Assembly (NCBI RefSeq): GCF_009914755.1
Contig: NC_060945.1
Strand: one strand, 5' to 3'
Origin: the human T2T-CHM13v2.0 reference genome, Homo sapiens
Length of the DNA: 64,000 nt
Part shown: one piece after another, positions 47,390-63,141 of the stretch
How the letters are laid out: each line of letters begins with the position of its first letter
How positions within the stretch are numbered: position 1 is the first letter of the stretch
The notes under the pieces: generated by a model
Database searches by the model: none
What the model saw: only the letters and a program-made list of their open reading frames with translations
What the model was told of the DNA's origin: nothing
Translations under genes and position numbers: made by a program

Positions 47390-47703
47390 TTTCTTTTTCT
47401 TTTTTCTTTTTCCTTTTTTTTTTTTTTGAGACAGAGTCTCACTTTGTTACCCAGGCTAGAGTGCACTGGCACAATCTCTCTCACTACAACCTCCTCCCAG
47501 GTTCAAGTGATCCTCCTGCCTCAGCCCCCCTAGTAGCTGGGATTGCAGGCACCCATCACCACGCCTGGCTAATTTTTGTATTTTTAGTAGAGACAGGGTT
47601 TCACCATGTTGACCAGGCTGGTCTCAAACTGCTGACCTCATGTTCTGCCCGCCTCAGGTTCCTAAAGTGCTGGGATTACAGGCGTGAGCCACTGAGCCCG
47701 CCT
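47390..47703 (-). mobile_element. AluS-like
   Basis: Full dimer. Confidence 0.95.
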
Positions 47704-47747
47704 GAGTCCTATATAATATTTTAACTACTTGCTTGTTTTCTCCTTAC

Positions 47748-47814
47748 CTATGCTGAAAAGAAAGATTCATATTAGACTCCTTGATGATAGCCTTTTCAAT
47801 ATGAAACATGAGGC
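47748..47814 (-). pseudogene. Exon: start of DEP1
   Basis: Strong TAG|gtaagg donor, degenerate acceptor (ctttgcat). Open frame LMFHIEKAIIKESNMNLSFQH resembles P-Rex MMxKKxxLIKDRRRKLS. Confidence 0.5.
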
Positions 47815-48189
47815 ATGCAAAGAAGTAGTAAAATGATATATTAATTAAATCTTAATATTATTAAAGAAGTTTAATTTAGATGGAAAACATTAATTATATG
47901 TTTAGTGGAGGCAAGAGACAGTTTACCTGCCATATGTGGAGCATCTAATAGTTTTCCATTTTGTAAAAAGTGTCTCTCTAATTGTACATATAATTAAATG
48001 CTTATATATACACTGATTTTAAAGTATCCAGGAATCTACACACTGCATGTTAAAAAATGGGTGTATACTTTTCATGCAAGTTATATCATTTTTTTCTCCT
48101 TTTCTTATCTAGGTATTTTGAGATTCCCTCAATGCACTTGTATAACTTGGACATTACAGAAATACTAAAAGAGATACTCACTTGCTAAT

Positions 48190-49427
48190 TATCTTGGTCC
48201 CTTCTGGCTGCTTAGCAAAATATCTTAGACTGGACAATTTTTAAACAACATAATGTATTTATCAAGCTTCTAGTGGCTAGGGAGTTCAAGATCAAAGTGT
48301 GGAAAGATTCAATGTCTATAAGAACATTTTGTTTCAAAGATGGTGGCAAAAGTTAGGGAAGAGGGAGGGGTAAATAGGCAGGGCACAGGGAGGTTTCAGG
48401 GCAGCTAAACTACTCTGAAAATATTATAATGGTGCAAACATGGCTTTATATATTTGCCCAAACCCATAGGTTGCATAATACCAAGATATCTTTGTTGGAC
48501 TTTGGATGATTATGGTGTGTCAATGTAGACTCATCCCTTTTACTATATATACGACCCTGGTGGGAGATACTGGCAATGGGGGAGTTATGCATGTGTGGGC
48601 GTGGAAATGTGTGGGAAACCTTTTATATCTTCTGCTCAATTTTGCTGTGAACCTGAAACATCCCTAAAAATTAAAGTGTATTAAAAGGAAACTAAATAAA
48701 TCAGACACTAAATGTTTGTAGATAACTCATACATAGATATATCAGTAATTCTATCCGCATGCATCATTGTTATTACTTGACTCAAAAGTTTTAAATCTTT
48801 TTGGAAAATGAATCAAGTGACATCTTATTCAAAATGAAAAACTATGTAATAAATCACTGTTGTAATACAGCTTACTCAACTCTGTATTTGTTTTCTATTA
48901 CCACAAACTTAACATAAATTTGTCTCACAGTTCCATAGGCCAGAAGTCTGAAATGGGTCTTACTTGACAAAGATCAAGGTATAGGCAGGCTGTGTTTCTT
49001 TCTGGAAGCTCTAGTAAGTAATTCAGTTCTTTGTAACAACATTCAGGTTCGTGAGAGCATTCAGTTTCTTGGGGTTGTAGGTCCCTGTTTCCTTTCTGGT
49101 TGCCAGGGACCACCTACCTTCCTTGGCTTACTGCTTTCTTGATCTTCAAAGCCATGAGTGGTAAGCCAAGCCTCTTTCACATTGTTAAATATTTTCTGTC
49201 TCTTCTTTTGCATCTCTCTGATGTTCCTATTTTTCTTCTTCCATTTTGAAAGCCTCATGTAATTACTTTGGGCCCCATAGATAATTCAGAATGATCTCCT
49301 CATATTAGGATCTACAATGTTAATCACCTCTGGGGTCCTCATTTTGCCATGTATTGTAATTTATTTACAGGTTGTGTGATTAAGGTGTGAACTTTCTGGA
49401 TGTCAGGCATTATTCTGCCTACCACAA
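48190..49427. mobile_element. MLT1 fragment, L1MC 3' end, and MLT1D-like LTR (48882-49427, -)
   Basis: Characteristic termini. Confidence 0.75.
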
Positions 49428-49448
49428 GTTCACATATATTAAATATAC

Positions 49449-49748
49449 TGATATGGTTTGGCTGTGTCCCCACCCAAATCTTTTCTTGAAATTTAGCTCC
49501 CATAATCCCCACGTGTCATCGGAGGGACCCCGTGGGAGGTAATTACATCATGAGGGCGGGTTTTTCCTGTGCTGTTCTTGTGTTAGCAAATAAGTCTCAT
49601 TGGCTCTGATTGTTTTATAAAGGACAGTTTATAAAACTGTGAGGCCTCCCCAGTCATGTGGAACTGTGAGTCCATTAAACCTCTTTCTCTTTGTAAATTA
49701 CCTAGTCTCAGGTATTTCTTCATAACAGCATGAGAACAGACTAATACA
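49449..49748 (+). mobile_element. THE1 solo LTR with an internal deletion
   Basis: tgatatggtttggctg...ctaataca. Confidence 0.93.
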
Positions 49749-50048
49749 TACTTATATAAGTAATTATAAGTATATTATATGTAGTTCAGAAAATAATTTC
49801 TAACTTTTCTATGCAATAGAAGATGGGGATTAAAATTCCAGATAATTAAGTTGATACCAGGACCTCACTTTATTTAATCTCTTAAGAGATTAATTAAGCA
49901 TAAACATTTACATATAGTTAATGGTGGAGATTATGCTGCTATTATAAAAGGTAAAATTTTGATCATCACAAACTATATGGAAATTATTACCCTGAATTTC
50001 AGGATAACTATTTATCACAATTAAATAAGCCAGACAAGAAACAGATAC

Positions 50049-50558
50049 TGTAAACAGACAGGGAAGTTCTCTAGGGATTATAGGATTTTAATCAACTTAA
50101 GCCATCAGCCTGTTTTATAGCCTCTTGCCCTCTAGCCTGTTTCTTCCTAAATCTTGTGTGGAATTCGGTCACCTAAGTGGGCCACCTAAGCTCCTGGCAG
50201 ACTCCAGCAACTTATAGATGAACTCGAGTAACTTTCCTTATTCCTGTACTAAAGTCTCCGCCCCAAGAGGAGATATGGTTTCGTTACCATAATATGCCAC
50301 CTATGTGCAGGCAAAGTGACTCACTGCTTTTGGGCAGCAAAGACTCCTTCTCTACATGTGATGGGCACCCTCTCCCCTCTCCATCACCTCATAAAACCCT
50401 CCTGTCACTTACTCTAGGGGAGATACTGCTCTGGAGAATACTCCTAGTTTTCTCCTTCCTTGCCAGGCAATAACACCCCTCTTGAGAAAAACCTGCATCC
50501 TTGTGAAGAGTCATTGGTTACTTTCCAGGTGAATGAACCCTGTTTTTGGGGGGTAACA
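50049..50558 (+). mobile_element. ERV1 solo LTR
   Basis: TG...CA ends, perfect TSD ATAC, TATA-like ataaaa and aataa. Confidence 0.85.
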
Positions 50559-50978
50559 ATACCACTTCCCAAAGAAGAACAGGTAATGGAAAAGAATTAT
50601 GGTAGCAGTCCAGACTTTAGAAGATAGGTTTGATGAACACAGTTGTAGCATTTGAAAATGAAGAAATAAGAAAGATGGCTAAATAACTGGCAGATGTTTG
50701 CAGGCTGTCTAGAGGCTACTTGCAGTTACAGGAAAAGACAGAAAAAAGATTTTGGAGAAATTCATATGTAATATATTTTGAAATCAACTGGGATTATGAA
50801 TAAATTTCAAAAGTATATGTTTTAAAAGAGAATCATAGGCAAAGCAATTGAATTACTAATTACTGTACCTGCATATACACATCAATATAAGTATACAGAT
50901 ATGTATGTGTGTATGTTTGTGTGTCTGTGTGTGTGTATGTATATATATATATATATATATAATATTTATATGTAAATA

Positions 50979-51265
<287 letters not shown>

Positions 51266-53198
51266 TATATATGTAAATATATAGAAAAATATACGAAAAG
51301 CATACAAATATATGACTGCACACTAGATATTGACACTCTGCTAATTGCTAATAGCATGTATCTATATTTATAAAATTAGTTTCAGGCTCTAAGCAAATGG
51401 TTGTTTTTCCAAGGTTATTAGAAATATAATGAACAATAATATTGTATATAAATGCACATAAATTTAGCCTTTTGAAGGCATAAATATATATCTGAATGTG
51501 TATATGTATGTACATATTCTTGTATGTGTGTATGTGCATACTCGCCCTTCACAGCATCAAGAACACTGGGAATACTGTATTTCAAAAGTAGAAACAAAAG
51601 TCAGTGATTTGGGTAAGAATTGAAGTGATATTAACCAAATGAACATAAAATGCTTAGTGTCTTCTATTTTAGTCATCTTCTAGTAAGTTCTCTGTAGTAG
51701 ATTTACACATCAGAACTAATAATAAATAAGAAGAAATGAACATGTTACTCTTACGTATGTTTTATTTTGAATTCCAATGTAGATATCTGTGATACATTGA
51801 AATAAATCAGTATTTTTTCTTAAATTTCTTAAATTTTCTACTTTATAAAATAATTACGAATATATGATTTCTGATCCACTACCCACATTGCAATTTCATA
51901 TTTCACTATGGAAGAAAAAATGTCCACCTATTACTTCCACAAGCCCCACAGTAAAGCATTTAGAAAAAGAGAGTTCTCCAGTGCAGTGTTACTTATTTAC
52001 CATTGATCTAAACAATAGGCAAAGTGAACTATCGTTAATCATATTTATTTCCCTTCTTTGAAGGAAGATCTCATTATTACAAGTCAACTAACAATAAGGG
52101 TTTATTACTAGAGAGTCAAAGTTTTTAACATGCAATAGTAAATTTTGTAGATCTATATAGTAATTTCAGGTAATAAGTAATAAGACAGATATAATTTTAC
52201 AAATCAGTAAATCAAAAATACAGAGCCCATGCAAACTGGGCTACAAAAATCCTGATCGCTACTATTATATATGTAATAAACTCAAACAGTAAATGACATG
52301 AGCATTAATGCATCATCTGATTCCAGAATTCCTAAGTTCATTAGCCTTTTTAAAATAAAATTTGACCCTTATGTAATATTAATGATAACCTGCTACATGC
52401 ATATTTTAAAATACATTTTAATGTTGGTGTCACTGTTTCAACTGTAAAGACAGGGCACATTTTAAAAACCTATATGGACCACAGCAGAATTTAAAACATT
52501 ACATTGCAGTGGTTGTGATTTTGTTAATAACAAAATCAGCTCTGACATTTTTATTAAAAAGTTTTTTTATTATTATCTAACTAGATACAGACATGCCTTA
52601 TTTACCTAGAACCACAAATGGACACTCTATCACATAGACCTGCTTTTTCAACTAGCATGTGATTCACTCAAGTCTTAGTCTAGAATCCCCTTGTAACCAG
52701 TTTCTGTTGGACTGCTCTGGTAGAACAGTAGTCATGAATAACAAATAAATAAACACTGAAAATCTCTATTTTAAAAGGTGTCTTGATTTTCTATCATAAA
52801 AGGAATAAGTGTAGGCCAAAATCTGATTATACATTACTCAAGATAAAATTATATTCTATCTTATACCAGAAAGGACTGCAAAAAGTAAAAATTCCACATT
52901 GTTAAGCAGCATTAAATGAGTGCTTCTTATTTACTAAATTATTCTGTTGAGATTCTAATACTATTATAACTTGTTAATTTTCAAATATATCTTTATCACT
53001 GGTCTGTAAGCTCCTTAATAATAGGGATTATGCTTTTTATCCATAAGATTAAGATTTTTATCCCTAAGATCTACACTCTTCACTTTATACTAGATGTTCA
53101 ATAGATATTTGACTCATAAGTGAATAACCTGAATTTTTAAAACATTAATGAGTTTTTACTTTTTGTGCATTTATCAACTTTAATTAAGAAATTAATTT

Positions 53199-54640
<1,442 letters not shown>

Positions 54641-54750
54641 AAAACTGACACTAGAATGGATTTCATGTCTTTAGTATCATAAATTTGACGTGGTAAAACA
54701 TCACAATATTTTTATTCAATGCCACAAGGCATTCGAGTTTGAAAGCTAAC

Positions 54751-54998
54751 CAAGTAGAAAAAAAAATGGTAAAAAGGATAGCTGCCTCAGTTTATAACAT
54801 ATTTTTTCACAGTTTCTCCTGGCATTAACAACAAATAATTCTTCCTTAGGGTGAAAAATGTAGGCAAAACTACTACTTGGCTAAAATTGCTAAATAAGTC
54901 AGCCCAGTCTTATCTGGGCCGAACTTGTATTTCTTGGCTAATGGAAGTTGGTTTTGTGTGTATCACCAATCACGAATCTTCTGAAGAGTTTATATTTT
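54751..54998 (-). pseudogene. Exon: DH-PH linker and start of PH domain
   Basis: aattttag acceptor; (E)NINSSEDS*LVIHTKPTSISQEIQVRPR*DWADLFSNFSQVVVLPTFFTLRKNYLLLMPG, only 2 stops in the first ~70 codons; donor position uncertain. Confidence 0.6.
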
Positions 54999-55434
54999 CT
55001 AAAATTGTATATTTTATGTCTTATATAATAAAATGTATGAGCCTGAAGGTTTGGAGACCAGGTTTTAGAAATAATTTTACACCCTAGTGCTTAAATATGC
55101 AATATCCATTCAGTAATTTAGATTAAAAATTACCAAAGCAGGATTCCTCTTGTTACGTTTGTACCATAAGTTAGCTTTGTCTTACTTTCTTCTATATTCT
55201 CAATCAGTTTTTGTAGATAAACCCTTTTTTTACTACTGTCAAGTTATATGCATTAAATTTATTAACCAGCAAAAGTATTTAAAGAGGGCCCTGCTAGATA
55301 CATATTTTATTTTTTTGGCATGCATTTGCATAAGTCTGTCAAAAGAGTATTATGGCTCACTTTTAAACATTCTAGATCCAGATTTTTTCCTTTAAATCTT
55401 GTAGGATGCATAGTAGAAAAATCAAATGTTATTA

Positions 55435-55851
55435 CGGTTAAAATATAAAATGATCCACACTAAAATTTTAAAGAGTTTAACTCTTTAAAATAAAGAGAAT
55501 CAAATTCAAAATCATAGGCGTGTGAAAAGAAGGCTTTTATTTTTTTTAATAGGGTGAACATAGAAATAAAGAAAAGCACCTGTTTTATTGTTTGCAGCTA
55601 TGTAGTGGCCTTATTTGGTCTGTCCCATTGGAAAGTGCCTAGTTATATAACTATAAGTTAACTGGCAACCTGCTATTGGTTAAGCTTAACTTTCTTTTTT
55701 TTTTTTTTAAATATAGGCATTTACACAAAACAGCCTAAATTACATTTCACTTATGTTTGCATATCAAACAAGGTTAAGGCCACTTTCAAGGCCTGTCTTT
55801 TTCTGCTCAGGGATTATTTTCAGGCCTAGTCTCCATTTCATTTTACTTAAA
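55435..55851 (-). mobile_element. ERV1 MER4-group LTR (MER57-like)
   Basis: Reverse complement begins ..aaatggagactaggcctgaaaaataatccctgagcag. Confidence 0.7.
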
Positions 55852-56215
55852 CTGGACCAATGACACATGATTACAAATTAGAAATGTATAAATACAAAGA
55901 TAACAGTGTGTAGTTTATGAGACAGATAGGCTCATAAACTGCATTTCTTCTCACACCCAACTTATCTCCATGTGGTGCACCTACCTACATCCTAAAGCAA
56001 AACCTTAAACGCCTTTAAAATAATCCAATGGAAGGAAAAAGGGGAAAAGAAAAAAGAGAGAGGCAAGAAAGAAGGAAGCACAAGTGATGGTAGTGAAAAG
56101 GAGAGACACATCTCTTCAGTTGGAACTTCCTACAGGAGGCTTTGCCAAGCCACCAAGTGATTAATTCAGATTTTGGCTGTGGCTTTCAGGAAAGAACACC
56201 TTGGAACTTTACTAT

Positions 56216-57097
56216 TGAAACAGGAAAAGTTCCTTTGTCCCCCTCGCAGGGCGTGCAATGGGGGTGGGGCTCACTTATACAGCACCCCACTGCTCAGACC
56301 TCTAGGGGAGCATACAGACGGGCAGTCTGTGGGGGCTCCAACCCTACGGCAGTGTCTAGGGGTGAATGTTTACAGCTCCTGAAGCCCCAGTGGGCGTGTG
56401 TTACAGGGTTCTCTTTTAGTTTGGTGTTTATAGGCAGCCTGTGTCAACCAGCTCAATTAGACCCTCTATCTTGTCACAAGGACAGAGGGCTTTCTGTAAC
56501 CTGGGTTCTTGCCCTGGTGTACTGGAAGAATTGGATTACATGTGGGCTTGGAGAATGAATGCAAAGTTTCATTGAGTGGAAGTAGCTCTCTGCCGATAAG
56601 GGAGCCAGATAGGAGATGGATTCCCCTGGAGTTGAGCCACTCGGTGGCCCTGGTTCTCCTCCTACTGCACAGCCAAACTCCACATTGTTCCACCAGTCGG
56701 TGGCCTGCTGGCCTGCTGGCGCCTGTCAGCATGCTCTTCTGCTGGCATGCTCTCGTTGACCTGCTGGTGCCTGTCAGCATGCTCTTCTGCTGGCGTGCTC
56801 TCGTTGACCAGCCACTTGTGTCTTCTTTCGCTGATGTGTTCTTCACGATGTCCAGCCACTTGTGTCTGCCTGCTAGGGTCTAAGATTTTTTTATAGGCCC
56901 AAGATAGGGGCGTGGTGGGCCGTGGTGGTCTTGGGAAATGCAACATTTGGGCACAAAGGCAGGAATGCCTGTCCTCACCTAGGTCCATGGGGGTGTAGCC
57001 CTAGCCAGGGATCACACCCTTCTCTACCCAGCACTTCTTCCCACTTCTGTTTCATTTAAAGGGACCATGCTCTTCCCTTCCCAGCACTCCTGTATCA
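56216..57097 (-). mobile_element. LTR1-family (LTR1A/B-like) solo LTR
   Basis: Reverse complement TGATACAGGAGTGCTGGGAAGGGAAG...TTTCA; TSD ctat/ctac. Confidence 0.9.
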
Positions 57098-57152
57098 CTA
57101 CTCATAAACAAGACGAATATGCAACAAGGTTAGTTAAAAAAATAAAGTTGTT

Positions 57153-57445
57153 GGCTGGGTGTGGTGGCTCACGCCTGTAATCCCAGCACTTTGGGAAGTC
57201 GAGGCGGGCGGATCACCCGAGGTCAGGAGTTTGAGACCAGCCTGGCCAACATGGTGAAACCCCATCTCTCTAAAAATACAAAATTAGTCAGACGTGGTGG
57301 CACATGCCTGTAATCCCAATGACTCGGGAGGCTGAGACAGGAGAATTGCTTGAACCCAGGAGGCAGAGGTTGCAGTGAGCCAAGATCTCACTCCAGTCTG
57401 GGCAGAAAAGAGTGAAACTCTGTGTCAATAGTAATAATAATAATA
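57153..57445 (+). mobile_element. AluS-like
   Basis: Alu dimer with a (TAA)n tail. Confidence 0.95.
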
Positions 57446-57879
57446 AGGCTGTCATTTTATTCATTTCTAATATACACAAGTAAATAAAGAATAGAAATTC
57501 AGCATTGTTTTTCTAAAATCAGAAGACATCCATTAGCCCCTGACCCCTACCCCAACCTGCAAATAGTTAGTAAAGATCAATTATGTTTCAGGCCCACTGG
57601 TAAATATTAATCTGGCTGTGTCCTGAAGTAGAAAAGATTGAGACTAATTGAAGAGTCTGGTGGGACTCCAGGATAAGGAATTCTTTAGAAAATTTCTACT
57701 AACCCAAGTGTCCTCGGAGACACACTTGGGTTAGCAGAAAGCTGGTAGTAGGGCCTGTCTCAGAGGGCTCTGGGGCACAATGACTGAGAATTTAGGAGAA
57801 GCCCACATAGCAACACTGTGCAGTGGCAAAGGATGCCACAGCAATGAGGACTTCCCAATGATGCCACGACAGGTGCAGG

Positions 57880-58836
57880 TGATAGGGAAAGGAGGCAGAG
57901 AAATTCTAGGCAGAAAAGGGCAAGTCCCCATAAAACCTCACCGTCAAGCCTGAAACCACAGCTCAAAGTGAGAACTTATATCCCTATTTTCCGGCCTGAA
58001 TGTCACCTTTTTCTAAACCAACCATGGACCACCCTGTCCCCATCTTGTGCCGATAAAAACCCCAGACTCAGCCCGTAAAGAGAGAGAAACAACTGGGTGC
58101 TAGAGAGTATGGCTGGACATCAGAGAGAAGTGGTTTGACTTCAGAAAGAGAGCTTGATGGTGTAACTCCAGAGAAGAATCCAGCAGGAGATGGCCAGACT
58201 TCAGGGGAAGATTAGCTTCCCACCCTATCTTCTTTTCTGCTCCCTTTTGACTAAGAGCCACTTTCATCGGCAATAAAGTCCCCTGCATTTACCATCCTTC
58301 AATTCGTTCATGTGACCTAATTTCTCCGGGATACTGGACAAGAGCTCGGGAGCCACGAGTGCAGATACAAAAGAATGTCGCACTGGCCCTTGGCCCTTGC
58401 TGGCAGAAGGCAACTGCCTTATGTGAAGAGGCAGAGACCCGCTGAGCAGTTAACACTCAGGCTGTCCACAGACAGCAGAGCTAAAAGAGCACTGTAACAC
58501 TCTCTCTGGGGATCCAGGGGTCATGGGCACTGCCCAGATGCTGCTGCAGGACCTGCATGGAGTTCGCTCCTGCAGCTCCCAAAAGCTCTTGCCTGGCTCC
58601 TGTACCTGCTCCCCTTCACACTCCCTCCCATGGGGGGTGGAACACAGCAGGTCTGAGTGGGTGGAGTTTGCCCTTGCTGGTGCTGAAGTGGCCGGCTGGT
58701 TCCATCACTCATGCACTCCAGTTCTCCCCTCATTCACTTACGTGTTTCCTCTATGAGGAGTTGAGAGCTGCAGGCTGAGTGGCCAAGGCAGCCCGTCATG
58801 AGTCCCGTGAAGGGATCAGGGAAATATCCTGCTTCA
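57880..58836 (+). mobile_element. LTR1-family (LTR1D-like) solo LTR
   Basis: TGATAGGGAAAGGAGGCAG...CCTGCTTCA; TSD cagg/gagg. Confidence 0.88.
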
Positions 58837-58985
58837 GAGGTCCCAACATAGACCTTCCTGTGACTGTGGGAGCCTGTGCTCCCAGCTATTGAGGTTTAAA
58901 CACAAAACAGAATCAATCACTAAGATCCTACTTTGTGGCAAACTCATTGAGTTCTATGATTGGGACTAAAATATTTTTGCATTAC

Positions 58986-59025
58986 CATTGAAATTATTTA
59001 AATACTTCCTTTATGCTAACAGTTG
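58986..59025 (-). pseudogene. 40-bp exon, DH end
   Basis: gtgtttag acceptor, G|gtaatg donor; QLLA*RKYLNNFN, joining in phase to the next exon to give NNFNENINSSE. Confidence 0.6.
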
Positions 59026-59150
59026 CTAAACACAACATTCTTGACATATGGCTAAACATATTTAAAATTTATTAACTTTTCATGAGATGAATTATAGTTA
59101 TATTTTATATGTAAAATATGAAAATGTTCCTCATGCGAGCTTGCTAATTA

Positions 59151-59525
<375 letters not shown>

Positions 59526-59589
59526 TTAGTTAGGAGGATGAATGCCTGTGTGTGCTCCCTGGCGAAAAAAATAAAATATATACTTTGTA

Positions 59590-60667
<1,078 letters not shown>

Positions 60668-61204
60668 TAAATCCTTGTTTTTCATCTGAGAACCTCACAT
60701 TAAATTCAGCTAATTTTTATATATAATCTTAAATTCATCTGTCTGGCTTTCCAAGAAAACCGTTGTCTCCTGGCCCTGTCATTTACTACCTCTCCCAGAT
60801 TTCAGAAATATTATTAGATTCTAGAGTGCATGATTCTTTGCTCTCAAGTGTCAACCACATAACTTAGCCAAACAGAAAATCACAATCATAATCTAAGGAT
60901 TTTTTTTTTCAAATTGCCTCAGAAAAACTTGATTATCTCAGTTATCTTGCATTTATTCTCTCCACATTTTTATTGTTAAAACCTAGGCAATTAAAAATTG
61001 TCTATTGGACTAGAAGCTTCATGCTGTTCTGTGTTTGGGTTTCCGTTGTGTATCTAGGATCTGACAAAGTGAGCACGTGCTGAATATTTATTTAACACAT
61101 GGGTTATTGATGTTATTTGCATGCTATGCTGGCACATGCTCTACTGCTATGAAAAAGCTGTACATAAATAATTTCTGGTGGTTAGAGACTCTTAGTGGAG
61201 TTAC

Positions 61205-61223
61205 CTTATAAAAATATTTGAGT
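61205..61223 (-). pseudogene. 19-bp exon, DH C-terminal helix
   Basis: Long polypyrimidine tract ending in a degenerate acceptor (cttatcg), AAG|gtaact donor; phase-compatible (R)LKYFYK. Confidence 0.45.
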
Positions 61224-61412
61224 CGATAAGACAAACAAATAAAAACATTCACAGGGTAACTCATCTTAAAATGTTACAGAAAATAGTTACTTAAAACAAT
61301 CTACCATTTAAATACAAAAAGCACACACATGTTTGACACATAATAAAGATACAGCTGCATTTTCAGGAAGTTGTTTTATAACATCCTAAAAATAGTTCAA
61401 TTATGATGTTAC

Positions 61413-61704
61413 CGTGTATCAAAGCAGAAAAGGAGAGAACAACTTTAAGCCAATTAAATGGGCATTACAAGCAGCTGTTCCAGAAAAGGCTGCTGGCATT
61501 AGAAAAGGCTACTGCTATACAGAAAATTATTTCTTTCCTTTTTTTGTCTCCCTGAAAGATGCAACATATACGGATTCACATCTTCATATGTGGCCTATCT
61601 AAGACATAAAATCTTTTAAAAGTGTTTTCTCTATGCTGTCAAAACTCTATGAGCCAGAACTTCATGCAAAATGGTGTTTATTTTGGTGTTTTGTCATCGC
61701 TCTC
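61413..61704 (-). pseudogene. Exon: DH domain core (CR3 motif)
   Basis: acctag acceptor and CG|gtaaca donor. KINTILHEVL...ATYEDVNPYMLHL...NNFLYSSSLF*CQQPFLEQLLVMPI*LA*SCSLLF resembles the DH consensus CxxLxLxxLLIxPVQRLxxYxLLL. Confidence 0.75.
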
Positions 61705-61813
61705 CTAGGTCATTTGAAAACCAGAAAATAATGAGTTTGAGAAAAAAATCCTTGATAGATAAACACTGCATAGAAGAGCGCTTTAAGAATCTAGGACTTG
61801 AATAAAGGCTTAC

Positions 61814-61911
61814 CTTTAATTTTAACCAGATTTCTCCATCAGTATCGGCATATGCATGTAAAGAGATATTTCAGGATTTTTTAAAAAACTATTAAGATTC
61901 AATACCTCTTG
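61814..61911 (-). pseudogene. Exon: DH domain
   Basis: Follows an 89-bp intron; strong AAG|gtaagc donor; 98 bp (1-bp frameshift): QEVLNLNSFLKNPEISL/HAYADTDGEIWLKLK. Confidence 0.65.
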
Positions 61912-62000
61912 CTAATCAAATACATATATTAAAAATATCATTAAGAATAAGCTTGCAAGCTGATGCTGTTTTCAAATACTAATCATAGCCTTCACAGTAC

Positions 62001-62408
62001 CTGGAACTGACAGGTGCCATTGTGTGAAAATCATGAAATCAAAGAAGCCATATTCATTTTCCCTTGAATGTCACTTAATACTGCAATGACTACATCTTTG
62101 ACTTAACTACCGCTATTGTGAGCCAATATTTGTGGTTAAATTCTTTCTTTTACATTGAGGGGAATACTCTAATTTACTTTCTGGAGAATAAACAAAAAGA
62201 ACAGATCTTTCTGATCATAACCTATCGCCTTGCCAATGGTGGTCACTTAAAAGTACTCGTTCAACCGCAATTCCAGGTACAAGTCCAGGTCTGTGAGAAT
62301 ATTCATCAGCTTTCATCTGCAGTGACATTGCTTGCTCTGTGTCACACTAAGGGTGCTTGGGAAGCCTGCATTAGCAGCGATATCAAGACTCTACTCTTTG
62401 TTCATGGA
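62001..62408 (-). pseudogene. Exon: pre-DH region and start of DH domain
   Basis: tttccctacag acceptor and CAG|gtactg donor; 408 bp, phase 0-0. Reads ...KLMNILTDLDLYLELRLNEYF*VTTIGKAIGYDQKDLFFLFILQ...VKDVVIAVLSDIQGKMNMASLIS*FSHNGTCQFQ with 7 stops. The same-register antisense frame is open for 98 codons (ORF 62118..62414), a coding-shadow signature. Confidence 0.65.
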
Positions 62409-62761
62409 CTGTAGGGAAATATTTGCACAAAAAATATGATTATTGTAAATATGTTTCAAAAATATTAACATTTACATGTCACTAATTTCAACTTGTTTTA
62501 ATAAACTGTGATCTGAGTAACATTTTTGCCAAGCACTAAATATTGGAAATACTATTCTTAAAAATGATAATTCATACTAGTTATACTCATTCAAGTACTT
62601 GTGTGACTCAAAGTATCATAAATCATAACTACAGAGAGACTTTAAATATCATTAACTTCATTTCCCTCATTTTATAAATAACCTGAAGCCAAGCAAGATT
62701 TGTTAGGAAGTAATGTAACCCAAGATGGTGCATCAGTATCCTGACTTCCACACAATTGCAC

Positions 62762-63057
62762 TTTTTTTTTTTTTTTTGATGGAGTCTTGCTCTGTTGCCC
62801 AGGCCGGAGTGCAGTCGCACAAACTAGGCTCACTGCAAGCTCCGCCTCCTGGGTTCATGCCATTCTCCTGCCTCAGCCTCCCGAGTAGCTGGGACTACAG
62901 GCACCCACCATCACGCCCGGCTAATTTTTTTGTATTTTTAGTAGAGACAGGGTTTCACCATGTTAGCCAGGATGGTCTTGATCTCCTGACCTTGTAATCC
63001 ACCCACCTTGCCCTCCCAAAGTGCTGGGATTACAGGCATGAGCCATCACGCACGGCC
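62762..63057 (-). mobile_element. AluY-like
   Basis: TSD aca(a/t)ttgcactttt. Confidence 0.96.
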
Positions 63058-63141
63058 ACATTTGCACTTTTGTATGTTAACTACTTCTGCAAGGTATGAA
63101 AGGTTGAATTATATTCAGGTTTAAATTAAAGAATAAAATAA

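Noticed and set aside
47748-47752. Apparent 5-nt microexon or recursive splice site (ttttcag CATAG gtaagg)
   Set aside because: Better explained as the end of the 67-bp DEP1 exon
51860-52720. Several possible minus-strand exons where the rest of the PH domain is expected
   Set aside because: Multiple competing frames and boundaries; none could be fixed confidently without an alignment
58986-59025. YLNNFN as a RasGEF signature
   Set aside because: Flanking exons fit a DH-PH junction, and the spacing does not fit a RasGEF domain
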